From NCBI GenBank assembly GCA_965113315.1, contig OZ220375.1: a DNA stretch of 64,000 nucleotides. One strand, 5' to 3'. This document shows positions 36,770 to 47,593 of this stretch, in pieces. Numbering within the stretch: position 1 is the stretch's first letter; each line of letters begins with the position of its first letter. Below the pieces are notes generated by a model. That model did no database searches. It was not told where the DNA came from and saw only the letters and a list, made by a program, of their open reading frames with translations. The translations under genes and the position numbers were made by a program. This DNA comes from Podarcis vaucheri. Lineage: Eukaryota.

Positions 36770-37480
36770 CCTGCTACCTGGTGCACGGTCTCAGTATGAA
36801 ATAAGACATAGGACATTGATGTTGGGTGGAAATTGGCCACAACTTTTATTGATTGCAGATGGAATAGGCTTTGGCCAAAGTCATTGGGTATGTATCTCGT
36901 ATCAAGCAGCCCGACTGCTGGTTGATAAGTAGGTGTAGAAAGGGGGGGGTCACCTGCCAGGGCCACCTTTGGGAAGGTTGCTATGGCCTGTTGGCCCCTG
37001 CGTGGGCTCTCAGGCAGAGACAGCCCCTCCCTGGCCCCTTACCTGATCAGCTAAGTATACAACCCAATGCCTTAACCACCCAAGTTGTGATGTTTTCTAT
37101 GAGGTAGGTGAAAATCTACAGACCAGCCAATTTGTCTGCAGGAAAAATCCTCCCTGGCCCTGAATATGGTGACAACATATACCATAGCAAGGTCCACATT
37201 GTCCTGCCCACACATCTTTGGACAGGACTACATACAGATTATATACAAATGGGAGAGTGGGTGGTGAATCCTGTGGTAAGGTTCAAAAGGGGAGAGGCTC
37301 AGGGTGTGCCCCCCCCTGTTTAAGGCACTGCAACCCTGCTCATAGAGGTGACCTGACTGGCTAATATTTTTATCTCCCCGAATATCTCTGTGAGTGGTAC
37401 TGTTAGCCACCAATCCGGGGGGGGGGATTCCAAAACCCAGTGACCCTGATTTCACTGCTCATGGATGGGACAAAGAAATA
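36770..37480 (-). mobile_element. Second member of the same DIRS/Ngaro-like repeat family (ends approximate)
   Basis: GGCCACAACTTTTATT 36835-36850; 37060-37162 is the reverse complement of 53178-53280 plus 53721-53730. Confidence 0.5.
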
Positions 37481-37529
37481 GAGGTGAGGTTCAACTTAAC
37501 CCTAGATCATGGCATTGTTTATTATTGTT

Positions 37530-37918
37530 ATGTTTTGATCAGTCTTCTTCCTCATTAATATTTCCTGTGGGATTAGAGTTTTGCTTAAGTCTAACAGGAT
37601 GCCCCAGTGGTTTTTCTCCTAATTTCCCTTCTTCCTTGGAGACTCTTGTGCCATTGATTATCATGCTTGCAGTTTAAACTCTTCCTTACTGAAATTAATA
37701 GTCTGTAAATTAACAGGCCATGAGGCAGTTGATATTTAAAAGAATTGAAATCATTCCAAACGATATTTATTTTTTTAGTAACGAACTCTGTTAAATGCTT
37801 TAAAGTGGCATGCTGCAATGCTGTGAGGAATCTAATTGGATGTCTTGTCAGCAAACCACATACTTAATAACTTCTTCAACTGTAAAATCCCAGATTATGG
37901 GCAAAGTATAAGGTAGGA
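37530..37918 (+). promoter_or_regulatory. Putative promoter and 5' exon of OR 38891
   Basis: TTTCCTGTGGGATTA (37561); TAATTTCCCT (37620), the reverse complement of the minus-block motif; donor-like TAAG|GTAGG (GT 37913). Confidence 0.45.
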
Positions 37919-38890
37919 TGAATAATGAAGGAAAAGATGAAAACTGAGACAGCAGTAATAATATTTTTCTTTAATAAATGTTGGAATGGATGAAAATGCA
38001 GAACTGGCTTAGCACTGCTTTTAAAATTGCCCCATGTGACAAAAGCAGCAGGAGAAATGAGACATATCTAAAGAGATTTATCATTGTTGGAAGTTAAAAG
38101 AAAGGTGCAAAAATTAGACACCTTTAAGGTCAACTGGTTCTTTTTCTAGTGGGAGAATTAATCACATTCTTACTTTTTAAAATTTCCCATGGAAATCAAG
38201 AGGTCTTTGAACTAATGTATGATGATGCTTATGAGTCCTGCTCTTAAGATCCAGAGTAGGAGAAAGCAGGAGAGACTGGGAAGACCTGCATTCAAACTCC
38301 TATGTATGCAGCCCCATTTGCAGGGACAATATTTTTTGGTTATTTCTTCAGGTGATGGTAATATGTGGAGCTTGTTTTGTTTTGCTTTGCTTTTAGAAGC
38401 ATAGTTTAGCCTCCTCTCTCAAGAAAAAGTAGTGGCTCTTTTCTGAGTCTGGAGAGCTAACATGTTTCTCCATAATGCCTCGTGTCTTTCAAGTAGAGAT
38501 ATTTCCCATTCTGCATCTGTAATGGAATTGTTTCAAACATGTTTTTAATACATTTATTAATTAATTAATTTTATTACTTATGTGTTTGTTGCCCTAGGTG
38601 CCTTTAGAAGGAAGGGTGGAATATCACAGCAGCAGCAGCAACAACAGCTAAGCTGTAGCACACTGCAGAGAATGTTGTTGTGCATCAGAGAATGTTGCTG
38701 TGCATCAGAATGTTGTTGTGCATCAGTACCATTCACATCATTGAGTTTTAAGCATTTAACTGTGCTTAAGACTCATTGCTTTGATTGCTCTTCTGAATGG
38801 TGAAATTGAAGGTCAACCCATAATATTTGCAATATTGTTTTCCTCTCTTATTTGCACCAGATTATATGTCTGAATATGTTTTACCCAAAG

Positions 38891-39847
38891 ATGCAACTTC
38901 TAAGCAGCACCGATAAGGAAAATCAACCTAATGTGACCGAGTTTGTCCTTATAGGATTTAGTAATCTCCGAGAGCTGCAAATTCTTCTCTTCTTGCTTTT
39001 TCTGCTTTTCTACATGGTTACCTTGGTTGGGAACATTCTCATTGTCATGCTTGTTATAGCTGATAAACATCTTCATACCCCCATGTACTTCTTCCTTGGG
39101 AATTTTTCTGGCCTGGAGACCTGCTATAGTTCTACTATTCTGCCCAAGACTCTGGCCAGCCTTTTAACTGGTGACAGATCTATTGAGTTCAATCTCTGCT
39201 TTGTTCAGCACTATTTCTTTGCATCATTTGGGGCAGCTGAGTGCTATCTCTTATCTGTGATGTCCTATGATCGCTATTTAGCTATATGCCGACCCTTGCA
39301 TTATGCAACCCATATGAATGGTAAGTTCTGTGTGAAGTTAGTTGGTGTCTCTTTCATCAGTGGATTTCTGGCTATTTCCATAACAATAATATTAGTTTCC
39401 AGGTTAGCTTTCTGTGGCCCCAATGAAATAAATCATTTCTTTTGTGATGTCTTTCCACTCATAGAATTGTCTTGCAGTGACACTAGTCTTTTGAGGATTT
39501 TGATATTCCTTGTTGCTTCTGTATTCACCGTTCCTCCATTTTTGCTGACATTGATATCGTATGCTTCCATTATCACTGCCATATTGAGAATCAAGTCCAC
39601 CAGTGGCAGACAAAAGGCCTTTTCTACTTGCTCATCTCATCTTATTGTGGTCACAATTTTCTATTCCACAATAGCCATTGTCTATGTGTTACCAAACACT
39701 GTCACACTGAGAGACCTTAACAAAGTATTCTCTGTTTTCTATGCTGTCCTGACTCCCATGATAAATCCACTTGTCTACAGCCTGAGAAACAAAGAAGTAA
39801 AGAAGGCACTGAAGAGACAGATCCGTCAGTTGCTTGTAGATACATAG
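38891..39847 (+). CDS. Olfactory receptor, ~318 aa
   Basis: OR motifs present. The track start 38852 is a TTG. The likely start is AG|ATG-CAA at 38891 (in-frame alternative ATG at 38876). AATAAA repeats at ~39917-39934. Confidence 0.95.
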   Translation: MQLLSSTDKENQPNVTEFVLIGFSNLRELQILLFLLFLLFYMVTLVGNILIVMLVIADKHLHTPMYFFLGNFSGLETCYSSTILPKTLASLLTGDRSIEFNLCFVQHYFFASFGAAECYLLSVMSYDRYLAICRPLHYATHMNGKFCVKLVGVSFISGFLAISITIILVSRLAFCGPNEINHFFCDVFPLIELSCSDTSLLRILIFLVASVFTVPPFLLTLISYASIITAILRIKSTSGRQKAFSTCSSHLIVVTIFYSTIAIVYVLPNTVTLRDLNKVFSVFYAVLTPMINPLVYSLRNKEVKKALKRQIRQLLVDT

Positions 39848-40169
39848 CTCAAACAAGATGAATCCATATGTTTTCATGTACCAAATAGGAAATTGGATTT
39901 TATCAGACTGTATCACAATAAATAAATAAATAAAACACTGCTCAATTTCAAAACCAGTTTATCTTGACACATGGGAAACATTATCCCAATCTTTCACGTG
40001 AACGCAGATCTACCCACCATGGAGAAAGTGGAAAGAAATAAGATTCACACACATACTCTCATAATGTTGGAAGAGGGGTCATCCAATTAAGTTGAAGGGT
40101 GGGTGATTCAGGACAAGTAAAAGGATATACTTTCATACAGCACACAGTTTAACTATAATGGCCATTCAC

Positions 40170-40960
40170 CAATCCAGCAGTGGGCGATGTTTGTGACCCG
40201 GTGCAAGGCTCTCCCATCATCCCACAGCCATGCCTCTTTCTTCCTGCCCATTGCCATGTCCCCAACAGCCATCACGGTGGCCTCTGGGTTCCCACCAAAC
40301 CCAGATTCAAATTCAGTCAATCTGCAGGGGCTGGGGGCTGGGGTAACAGGAGCAGTCTATGCCAAGGGAAATTTCACTCTGGTCCGCTTGTATAAAAGGG
40401 GGCCAAAGCAATCAGTGGCATGAATCTACCAACTTATAATGTGGTGATAAAGCATTCATGCTGAATTTACATATCATTTAATATTGACTAGTAATTAACA
40501 TAGTGACTGTTGCAGAATTAATGAATTAAGCCAGGTAGGCAAACAGTCAGCCAAATCTGAGTGCATCATCCGAGTCCTTTGCCTCTTGTGTTAGAATGCC
40601 TGCAAGGTAACATTTCATTCTCAATGGTGGCAGCTTGGGGTTTGGATCCTGAACCCATCAAGGCCATGGCATTCCAAAGCATAGAAGGGTTACATCCAAT
40701 GAAGTCAGGAGTCACTGATGAGTTCCCTGTGACCATTCCTTTCCAGGTACACCCAGCAAGCATGTATGGATCCTTGGCCACAGTATCTTACTTTTGGCTG
40801 GTGTCCACGCAGCTGCAAATCAATGGGGAAACACCTGAGCATCCACCCACAAGTCCGCGTATCCTGGATGGGCCAAAGTGAGATATGTTGGGATTCCCTC
40901 ATGTGAAAGATGCAGTGTCCATCTGGCTGAGTAGTCCCAGCCATACTGGGTAATTTCAAA
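40170..40960 (+). mobile_element. Decayed Ngaro/DIRS tyrosine-recombinase retrotransposon fragment
   Basis: Frameshifted relics. 40606-40702 reads SF..AAWGLDPEPIKA/WHSKA*KGYI (recombinase C-terminus). From 40764 it reads VWILGHSI/FW and later SWMGQS..CWDSL (SGNH hydrolase-like). Confidence 0.65.
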
Positions 40961-41076
40961 TCGATAAAAACACAGCAAAACATTGAAAGAGGGATTAGAC
41001 CAAAAAATGGGATTAGACCTTCCCCTCCAGCATGGAATATTTGTTCATATACCCCCGGGTTTACAGTGGTATATAA

Positions 41077-41078
<2 letters not shown>

Positions 41079-41118
<40 letters not shown>
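41079..41118. repeat. (AATC)n microsatellite
   Basis: Seen directly. Confidence 0.97.
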
Positions 41119-41119
<1 letters not shown>

Positions 41120-42172
41120 TACTAGATTTGATGGCTATATGCTAGTTTGCCTCTGAACAGCAGTTACTTGGGTTTAGGAGAAGAAGGATGCTACTGCACT
41201 TATGCCTTTCTTGTAGGCTTCCCATATTAATCTGGTAATTTGAATGCTGGACTCTGATCTCATTGAGCTTGGCTCTCATTATCTTTTTAAGTAATCATAC
41301 TGTTGCACCCCACCCCAATCTCTGAGGGATGCAAGACTCCAGGGGGGTTCCAAGTGGCTTGCCCAGGGTTTGTGTTTTCTTTTGGAAAATGAGGCATAGC
41401 AGAGACTGTGGTGTCATTTATGGTTCATTTATACATATATGTAGCCTGTGTCTAGCCTGATGGAGAGATTCACAGCATTGACACTCCAAGAGGGTCCTAT
41501 TCCTCTCATAGCTGTAGCCCTGGATTCAAGCAGACATCAGACATCATGCTGCCTTTCAGCCTGCAGCTTTCCTTCTCAGTCACATCACAGCAAACTCCCA
41601 TCCTAAATTTGAAATTTCTAACTCACCTTGCTCCTAATTCTCTCTACTCTATGCTGTTTTTACCTGAAGAGTGAGGGACTCTACTCACTTGCCATCCCAC
41701 AATGGGTCCCTCTGATCCACTGTTCTCTTTGTTACATTCACTAGAAGATGCAGATTCTTCCATACACAGCAAATTTCCTCTGGGGATTTCATATTTTCCC
41801 CTTGTGGTTCCAAGGGACTGTCGATGTTGCTGAATACTGTTTTAAAATAGGCATCTTATCCGTAGCAAGAGCTATGCAAAGGAATATGTTTAAAAATAGG
41901 GAGCGAGCTGTTCTCTACAACAAACAATTGCTTTCAAGTCAGTTGTAGTTTTATATATGTCATTTCCAGATATATAGTTTTTTGGGGGGTGTTATTGGAC
42001 TGGATCTATGAATTTGAAAGCAACTGGCTTTCCACATGGAAGAAAAACATGACAGTAAGTAAAACCAGTGTGTTAAGTAGAAATTTTACTTTTTGGACTG
42101 ACTTCTACAGTGGAAGTGTGTGCAACATAAGTAGTGATTAAAGTGATCCACAATATTATTTATTTGGTACAG

Positions 42173-43225
42173 ATGCAAGCTGGTGAAACCCCAGAACTGA
42201 AAAATCAAACAGCCATCAAGGAATTCATTCTGTTGGGATTCAGTCATCTTCAAAACATGAAAATTATTCTGCTACTGGTTTTCTTCCTGATCTACATCAT
42301 GACCATGGCTGGGAATGTCCTCATAGTTGTGCTGGTTGTGACTGATCGACACCTTCACACTCCCATGTATTTCTTCTTGGGAAACTTATCTTGCTTGGAG
42401 TCCCTGTACACTTCAGCTATATTGCCTAGAATGCTGGCTAGCTTCCTGACTGGAGACAGGACTATTTCAGTCAATGGTTGTTTTGTGCAACATTATATTT
42501 TTGCATACCTGGCAGCTGTGGAGTGTTATCTCCTTTCTGCTATGTCCTATGATCGCTATTTAGCCGTATGCAAACCTCTCCATTATGCATCCCTAATGGA
42601 TGGCAAGTTATGCCTCCAAATGGCAGCTGGATCTTGGGTGACTGGCTTTCTCGCTAGTACTACAACAATCATATTGATGTCAAGGTTAGTCTTCTGTGGT
42701 CCTAATGAGATTGACCATTTCTTTTGTGACACTTTCCCAGTCATGAAGTTGTCTTGCAGTAACACAGCTCTTTTAAGAATACTGATTTTAATTTTTGTAT
42801 CTATATTTACCCTTCCTCCATTTACACTAACCTTAATGTCATACATCTATATCATTACTGCCATTCTGAAGATCCCATCCATTACTGGGAGGCAAAAAGC
42901 CTTCTCCACCTGTTCCTCACACCTCACTGTGGTAACCATTTTCTATGGCACAATAGCAGCTGCATATGCCTTACCAGACTCTGCCACCATGGGAGATGTA
43001 AACAAAGCCTTCTCTGTCTTTTACACAATCATAACACCTCTGATCAACCCTCTCATATACAGCCTAAGAAACAAGGATGTAAGGGAGTCTCTTCAGAGGT
43101 CTGCAGTTGTAGCATGGATCAGAACTAGGGTAATTGATCATAAAAGAGGATTCTGCAGAATGTGTAAGCAAAGAGATAGGAAAATAATAAGAAGGAAAAC
43201 GGAAAGTTCTCATGAAAACCATTAA
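42173..43225 (+). CDS. Olfactory receptor, 350 aa, long C-terminal tail
   Basis: OR motifs present. The track start 42134 is a GTG. The likely start is tacag|ATG at 42173. Confidence 0.94.
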   Translation: MQAGETPELKNQTAIKEFILLGFSHLQNMKIILLLVFFLIYIMTMAGNVLIVVLVVTDRHLHTPMYFFLGNLSCLESLYTSAILPRMLASFLTGDRTISVNGCFVQHYIFAYLAAVECYLLSAMSYDRYLAVCKPLHYASLMDGKLCLQMAAGSWVTGFLASTTTIILMSRLVFCGPNEIDHFFCDTFPVMKLSCSNTALLRILILIFVSIFTLPPFTLTLMSYIYIITAILKIPSITGRQKAFSTCSSHLTVVTIFYGTIAAAYALPDSATMGDVNKAFSVFYTIITPLINPLIYSLRNKDVRESLQRSAVVAWIRTRVIDHKRGFCRMCKQRDRKIIRRKTESSHENH

Positions 43226-43498
43226 AAATAAGTGTTTACCTATTATAGCACAATAGGGAAATCAATCCTATGGGAAGGTAGAATCTGGGGCAGAAGAACC
43301 ACCAAATCCAAAATCCTACTGACTTTGTGCCAGTAAGGGTGGAAGGTGGGGTTGACTATGCAATGGTAATTGTAGCAGATATACGTAGCTGGTCTCCTTT
43401 TGTTTGGTTTCAGGGGTTTGTCTGATTTGGGGAAGGTGGCATTTGGCATTTGGGTCCAAACACCTGAAATGAAATAATAGGAGAGTAAGTGCAACATT

Positions 43499-43925
43499 TA
43501 GTGATGTATGGAAGTGAGAGCTGGACCATCAAGAAGGCTGATCGCCGAAGAATTGATGCTTTTGAATTATGGTGCTGGAGGAGACTCTTGAGAGTCCCAT
43601 GGACTGCAAGAAGATCCATCGTATCCATTCTTAAGGCAATCAGCCCTGAGTGCTCACTGGAAGGACAGATTGTGAAGCTGAGACTCCAATACTTTGGCCA
43701 CCTCATGAGAAGAGAAGACTCCCTGGAAAAGACCCTGATGTTGGGAAAGACGGAGGGCACAAGGAGAAGGGGATGACAGAGGACGAGATGGTTGGACAGT
43801 GTTATCGAAGCTACAAACATGAGCCTGACCAAACTGCGGGAGGCAGTGGAAGACAGGAGTGCCTGGCATGCTCTGGTCCGTGGGGTCACGAAGAGTCAGA
43901 CACGACTAAACAACTAAACAACAAC
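43499..43925 (+). mobile_element. BovB: BovB (RTE) LINE, 5'-truncated 3' end with TSD
   Basis: VMYGSESWTIKKADRRRIDAFELWCWRRLLRVPWTARRS...LEKTLMLGK; (CAA)n tail; 12-bp TSD AAGTGCAACATT 43487-43498 / AAGCGCAACATT 43926-43937. Confidence 0.95.
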
Positions 43926-45269
43926 AAGCGCAACATTGTAAAAGGGTTTCCTCTTTTAGGGAATGGGTGTGAAGCAACATACCTATTTTCTTCTCTCTCT
44001 CCCCTTCCCTCTTCCTCCTTCCCTCTAGTATTTGTAGTCATATTTAATATATAGGAATGTAAACATGAAATACCAATATAAATTAATAATCTCATATATT
44101 CATATGGAGACAATAAAATATGGTTTAAATAACATTAAGAATACTTATTCAGTGACCTTGTCTGCTATTATATTTACAGCGTAAAGGGCTGCATAATATC
44201 TTGGAATGATAGATTCCAAAAACTATCAAACACGTTCTATTTTTCAATAAATTTGTTTTCCCCCTCCCCTCGTGTTTTAAAGTCAACATATTTTCTAGTA
44301 ATTTGGGGGTCCTGGCATCAGCTGCAGAGCTTTGTTGGTTGCACTTTTTCTTTCTCGGGGTTGCTCTGATAAGTCCTTCCCCCCAAAAGATTTTATGGAT
44401 AAAATTGCTGCCCTGGAAAAAGCACTGTAATGGCCACCCCAATTTGTTACCTGCAAATGAAGGTGAATTCGATGGCAGGATTTATTCAGTGTTTGTACTC
44501 CAGAAACTATAATATATATAGGTTAAGTTGCATTTTTAATAAGTTTATGAAAAATGGTACTGAACTTCAGAGTTGTACTGTGTGGGAGCCCTCATTAAGC
44601 AGTAATTATGGAAACTTTTTTTAGATTTCAATTTATTCTCCACCCAAGCAAACCATGTGTATTCTCCCATCCACCACAAAAGCCTATGAGTGACTCTTGT
44701 GTGTATTTCAAGTATAAAGTCTAAGAGTTGTTGCAAGGAGAATCCCTGATCTGGACCTTGTGCAGAATAGAAATGCTACAAAATAAACTGCAAAAATAAA
44801 CTAACACATTGTTCTTCAACAACTAGCTATGCGGCCCAGTCTTCTTTAAGTTCTTCATACAGTCCAAGGTCTAGCCTCTCACTGCTCCCAGAGAGAGATC
44901 CATACATGCAACTTGTTTGTTCATAACGCTGAGCTGACTGACTTCTTCTCCTGCTGTGAAAATAAAGTGATCTCCAGTTCCAAGAGATGGGGCATCAATT
45001 AAATTAGACTGGAAAGAAACCTTCACCCCTCCATGCTTCATCACCTACCTAATGCAAACCTCTGCACAGCATTTCAAATACAAGGAATACAAACATAACA
45101 TTTTATGAACAATAAACTTAAGTTTTTAACATGACACACTGCCCAATGGACTCTGTGTGCATCAGCATGCTATCTTGACCCTTATGAGTGGCGGGGCCTA
45201 TGGAATTATTTCATTCTACTCTGCACCAAGCCAGGCCTTTTTGCTTTTTGAAGTACTGTATGTTTAAGG

Positions 45270-45381
45270 AAGTTTTTAAGGCTATCTGTCACGTACAATT
45301 TAGTTGAGATTCCTGCATTGCAGGGGGTTGGACTAGATGAGCCCTGAGGGCCCTTCCAACTCTACAATTCTATAATTCTAA
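45270..45381 (+). mobile_element. CR1 LINE 3' end fragment
   Basis: TTCCTGCATTGCAGGGGGTTGGACTAGATG...CCTTCCAACTCTACAATTCTAT. Similar minus-strand pieces at ~3500-3570, 11736-11818 and 55601-55665. Confidence 0.8.
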
Positions 45382-46169
45382 ATGGCTGTTGTAACGTTAA
45401 GCACATGATGCTCAGAAAAAACATGCAGTGGAAATATAGCTAACATAGGACAGTTTTTTTAAAAAATGGTTAGCCTTGCCTTCTCCATTCTGCTAACCGC
45501 CAGTTGCTCTGGACAACAATTCTTTTCAGCCGACATGTCCCTTGGTCAGGGTTGATAGGAATTATAGTTCAAATCATCTGGAAGGTATCAGGTTGAGAAA
45601 TGCTGGTTAGCCCATGTGGCTCTATTGGGCTCTGGGAATTCCTCTGACTTGAGGAACTACATCTATCCATGTGTATGAATCATAGGGATTAGCTGATTCA
45701 AGGAGCAATTTATGACTGGGCATTGGGATATTTAGCCCCAGGCCTCTGCAGAGATGGGGGGGGCAGTCAGGTACCCTTGCCCTGCACCTTGGAGAGCTAA
45801 GCCATATGAAGGCCCCTGCCAGGGACCAGTTGCTTTTAATGTTTGAGTTTAGAACTTTATTCTAATTTCTTCTAATTATTCTAAACCGACCATGGGCTTA
45901 AGACAAGCCTGTTTGGTCTCAGTCAAAATTCCAACCTTGTTCACTGGTCTCTTGGTCAAGCAGTTTTATATTTCACACAGGGGCAGGGAATGGCATATCC
46001 AAATTAAGCCAGGTAAGGGATTTAATTTAAGGAAGGAGTGGGGAAAATTAAGGTCTGGGAGCCAAATGTTGCCTTCCAGGCCTCTCTGTTTTGCATTTGG
46101 TACCCACCACAGTCAACTCCTCTTTTGCCAGACCACATTCCTCACACTCCTTGTGTATTTTTTGCAATA

Positions 46170-46373
46170 CAGTGGTACCTCGGGTTACAGACGCTTCAGG
46201 TTACAGACTAACCCAGAAATAGTACCTCGGGTTAAGGACTTTGCTTCAGGATGAGAACAGAAATTGCGCGGCGGCAGTGCTGCAGCAGCAGGAGGCCCCA
46301 TTAGCTAAAGTGGTACCTCAGGTTAAGAACAGACCTCCAGAATGAATTAAGTTCTTAACCCGAGGTACCACTG
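46170..46373. mobile_element. Tc1/mariner MITE, inverted copy of the 10820-11045 family
   Basis: Same TIR, TA TSD, interior is the reverse complement of 10820-11045 with deletions. Confidence 0.92.
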
Positions 46374-47203
46374 TATCCTTGGATATTCCCTGCCTTGCTG
46401 GAATGTGTCCTTGCACTCTAATGACACTTGCTTGTTCAGATGGATGGTGGAGATGGGTGTGAGAGTGTGTGTATCCACTACGCTACTGTATAAAAATAAA
46501 ATCCATCTCTCCACCCTCTTTTTGCTTCTTACTCTATCTACCACTGCCACTCTATCTACCTGTTTGCCAGAATTGAAGATTGCCCACTCCTGAATTAAGA
46601 TGCTCAGCAGACATCATTAAAGAAAATAAATTTATATATTGCTGATTGCTCCCTGTCCTGTAAATTCCCCTTGAGTGCAGAATGCACTAGTAATAAGGAG
46701 GGGCATCTTGTAATAATCACTATACCAAGGAGAAGCTAATCTTAATGTATAAAAGGCAACGCACATCCAACAGATTCTTTCAGATGTGATAGGTTCCTTT
46801 CTGTATTTTCTCCAGTAATATAATAATAATGGACATGGTTCTGTTAGCATCTGCCTAGAAATATATATTTGGACTTTGTGATCCAGATTAAGTAGGGTTG
46901 TCTCCCTTTGTTTGTTTAGAGAAAGAGACATGAAGGTGGAAAGGAACCTGGCCACATTTAGGAGGTTTCAATTAACACGTTTCTTGATATTTTGACTTTC
47001 AGTGTCACCCACATTTTTTTCTTCAGACTAAGAACTGCCATATATTAAATGAAAGAACAGCAGAAGAATCACAAAGGAGATATTAGATAGTATGGGTAAG
47101 ACTATCCAACATGACAAAACAAATTCTATAGATGAAGAACTTCTAATGAAATTATGTGTTGGTTGCTGAAACGTTGGACAAAATTAACCTATGTGAATCA
47201 GTC

Positions 47204-47221
47204 ATGACTACCCAATTAAAG
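47204..47221 (+). CDS. Predicted first coding exon segment (MTTQLK) of the OR at 47594
   Basis: gtcATG ACT ACC CAA TTA AAG|GTATGT is a strong phase-0 donor, in frame with the acceptor tttacag|GTG at 47594. Confidence 0.6.
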
Positions 47222-47593
47222 GTATGTGGCCTTTTACTCTCTTTTGAAATATATAAAATGCATGCAATATAGTACTTAACAATGCTTAGAATTACAAGGG
47301 TGCAAGGCTGCTGGAGGTGTGAGTTAGATGGAGAAATGGAAATTTGGCAGGTTGGATTTCTAATGCAGATATTGTAGCTCCATTAGGTGGAAACAGGAAA
47401 TCCATATTCCATTTGAGAAATGAAATTATCATTGTTGGAACTATAAACTCTTGCAAAAACTAGCCAGGTTAAAAGTTGACGCAGCTGAACAATTATCATA
47501 TGGAGAACAAAAGAAATGTGCTCCTTTTGAAGTGTTAAGATCCAAGATATAAAAACCATTCAATTTTGCCATGAACTTGTTTCTTTTTTACAG

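Noticed and set aside
38670-38727. Three copies of AGAATGTTG(T/C)TGTGCATCAG
   Set aside because: Short head-to-tail minisatellite without spacers; not CRISPR-like and no function evident
43410-44054. 159-aa and 134-aa ORFs
   Set aside because: Antisense and alternative frames of the BovB fragment
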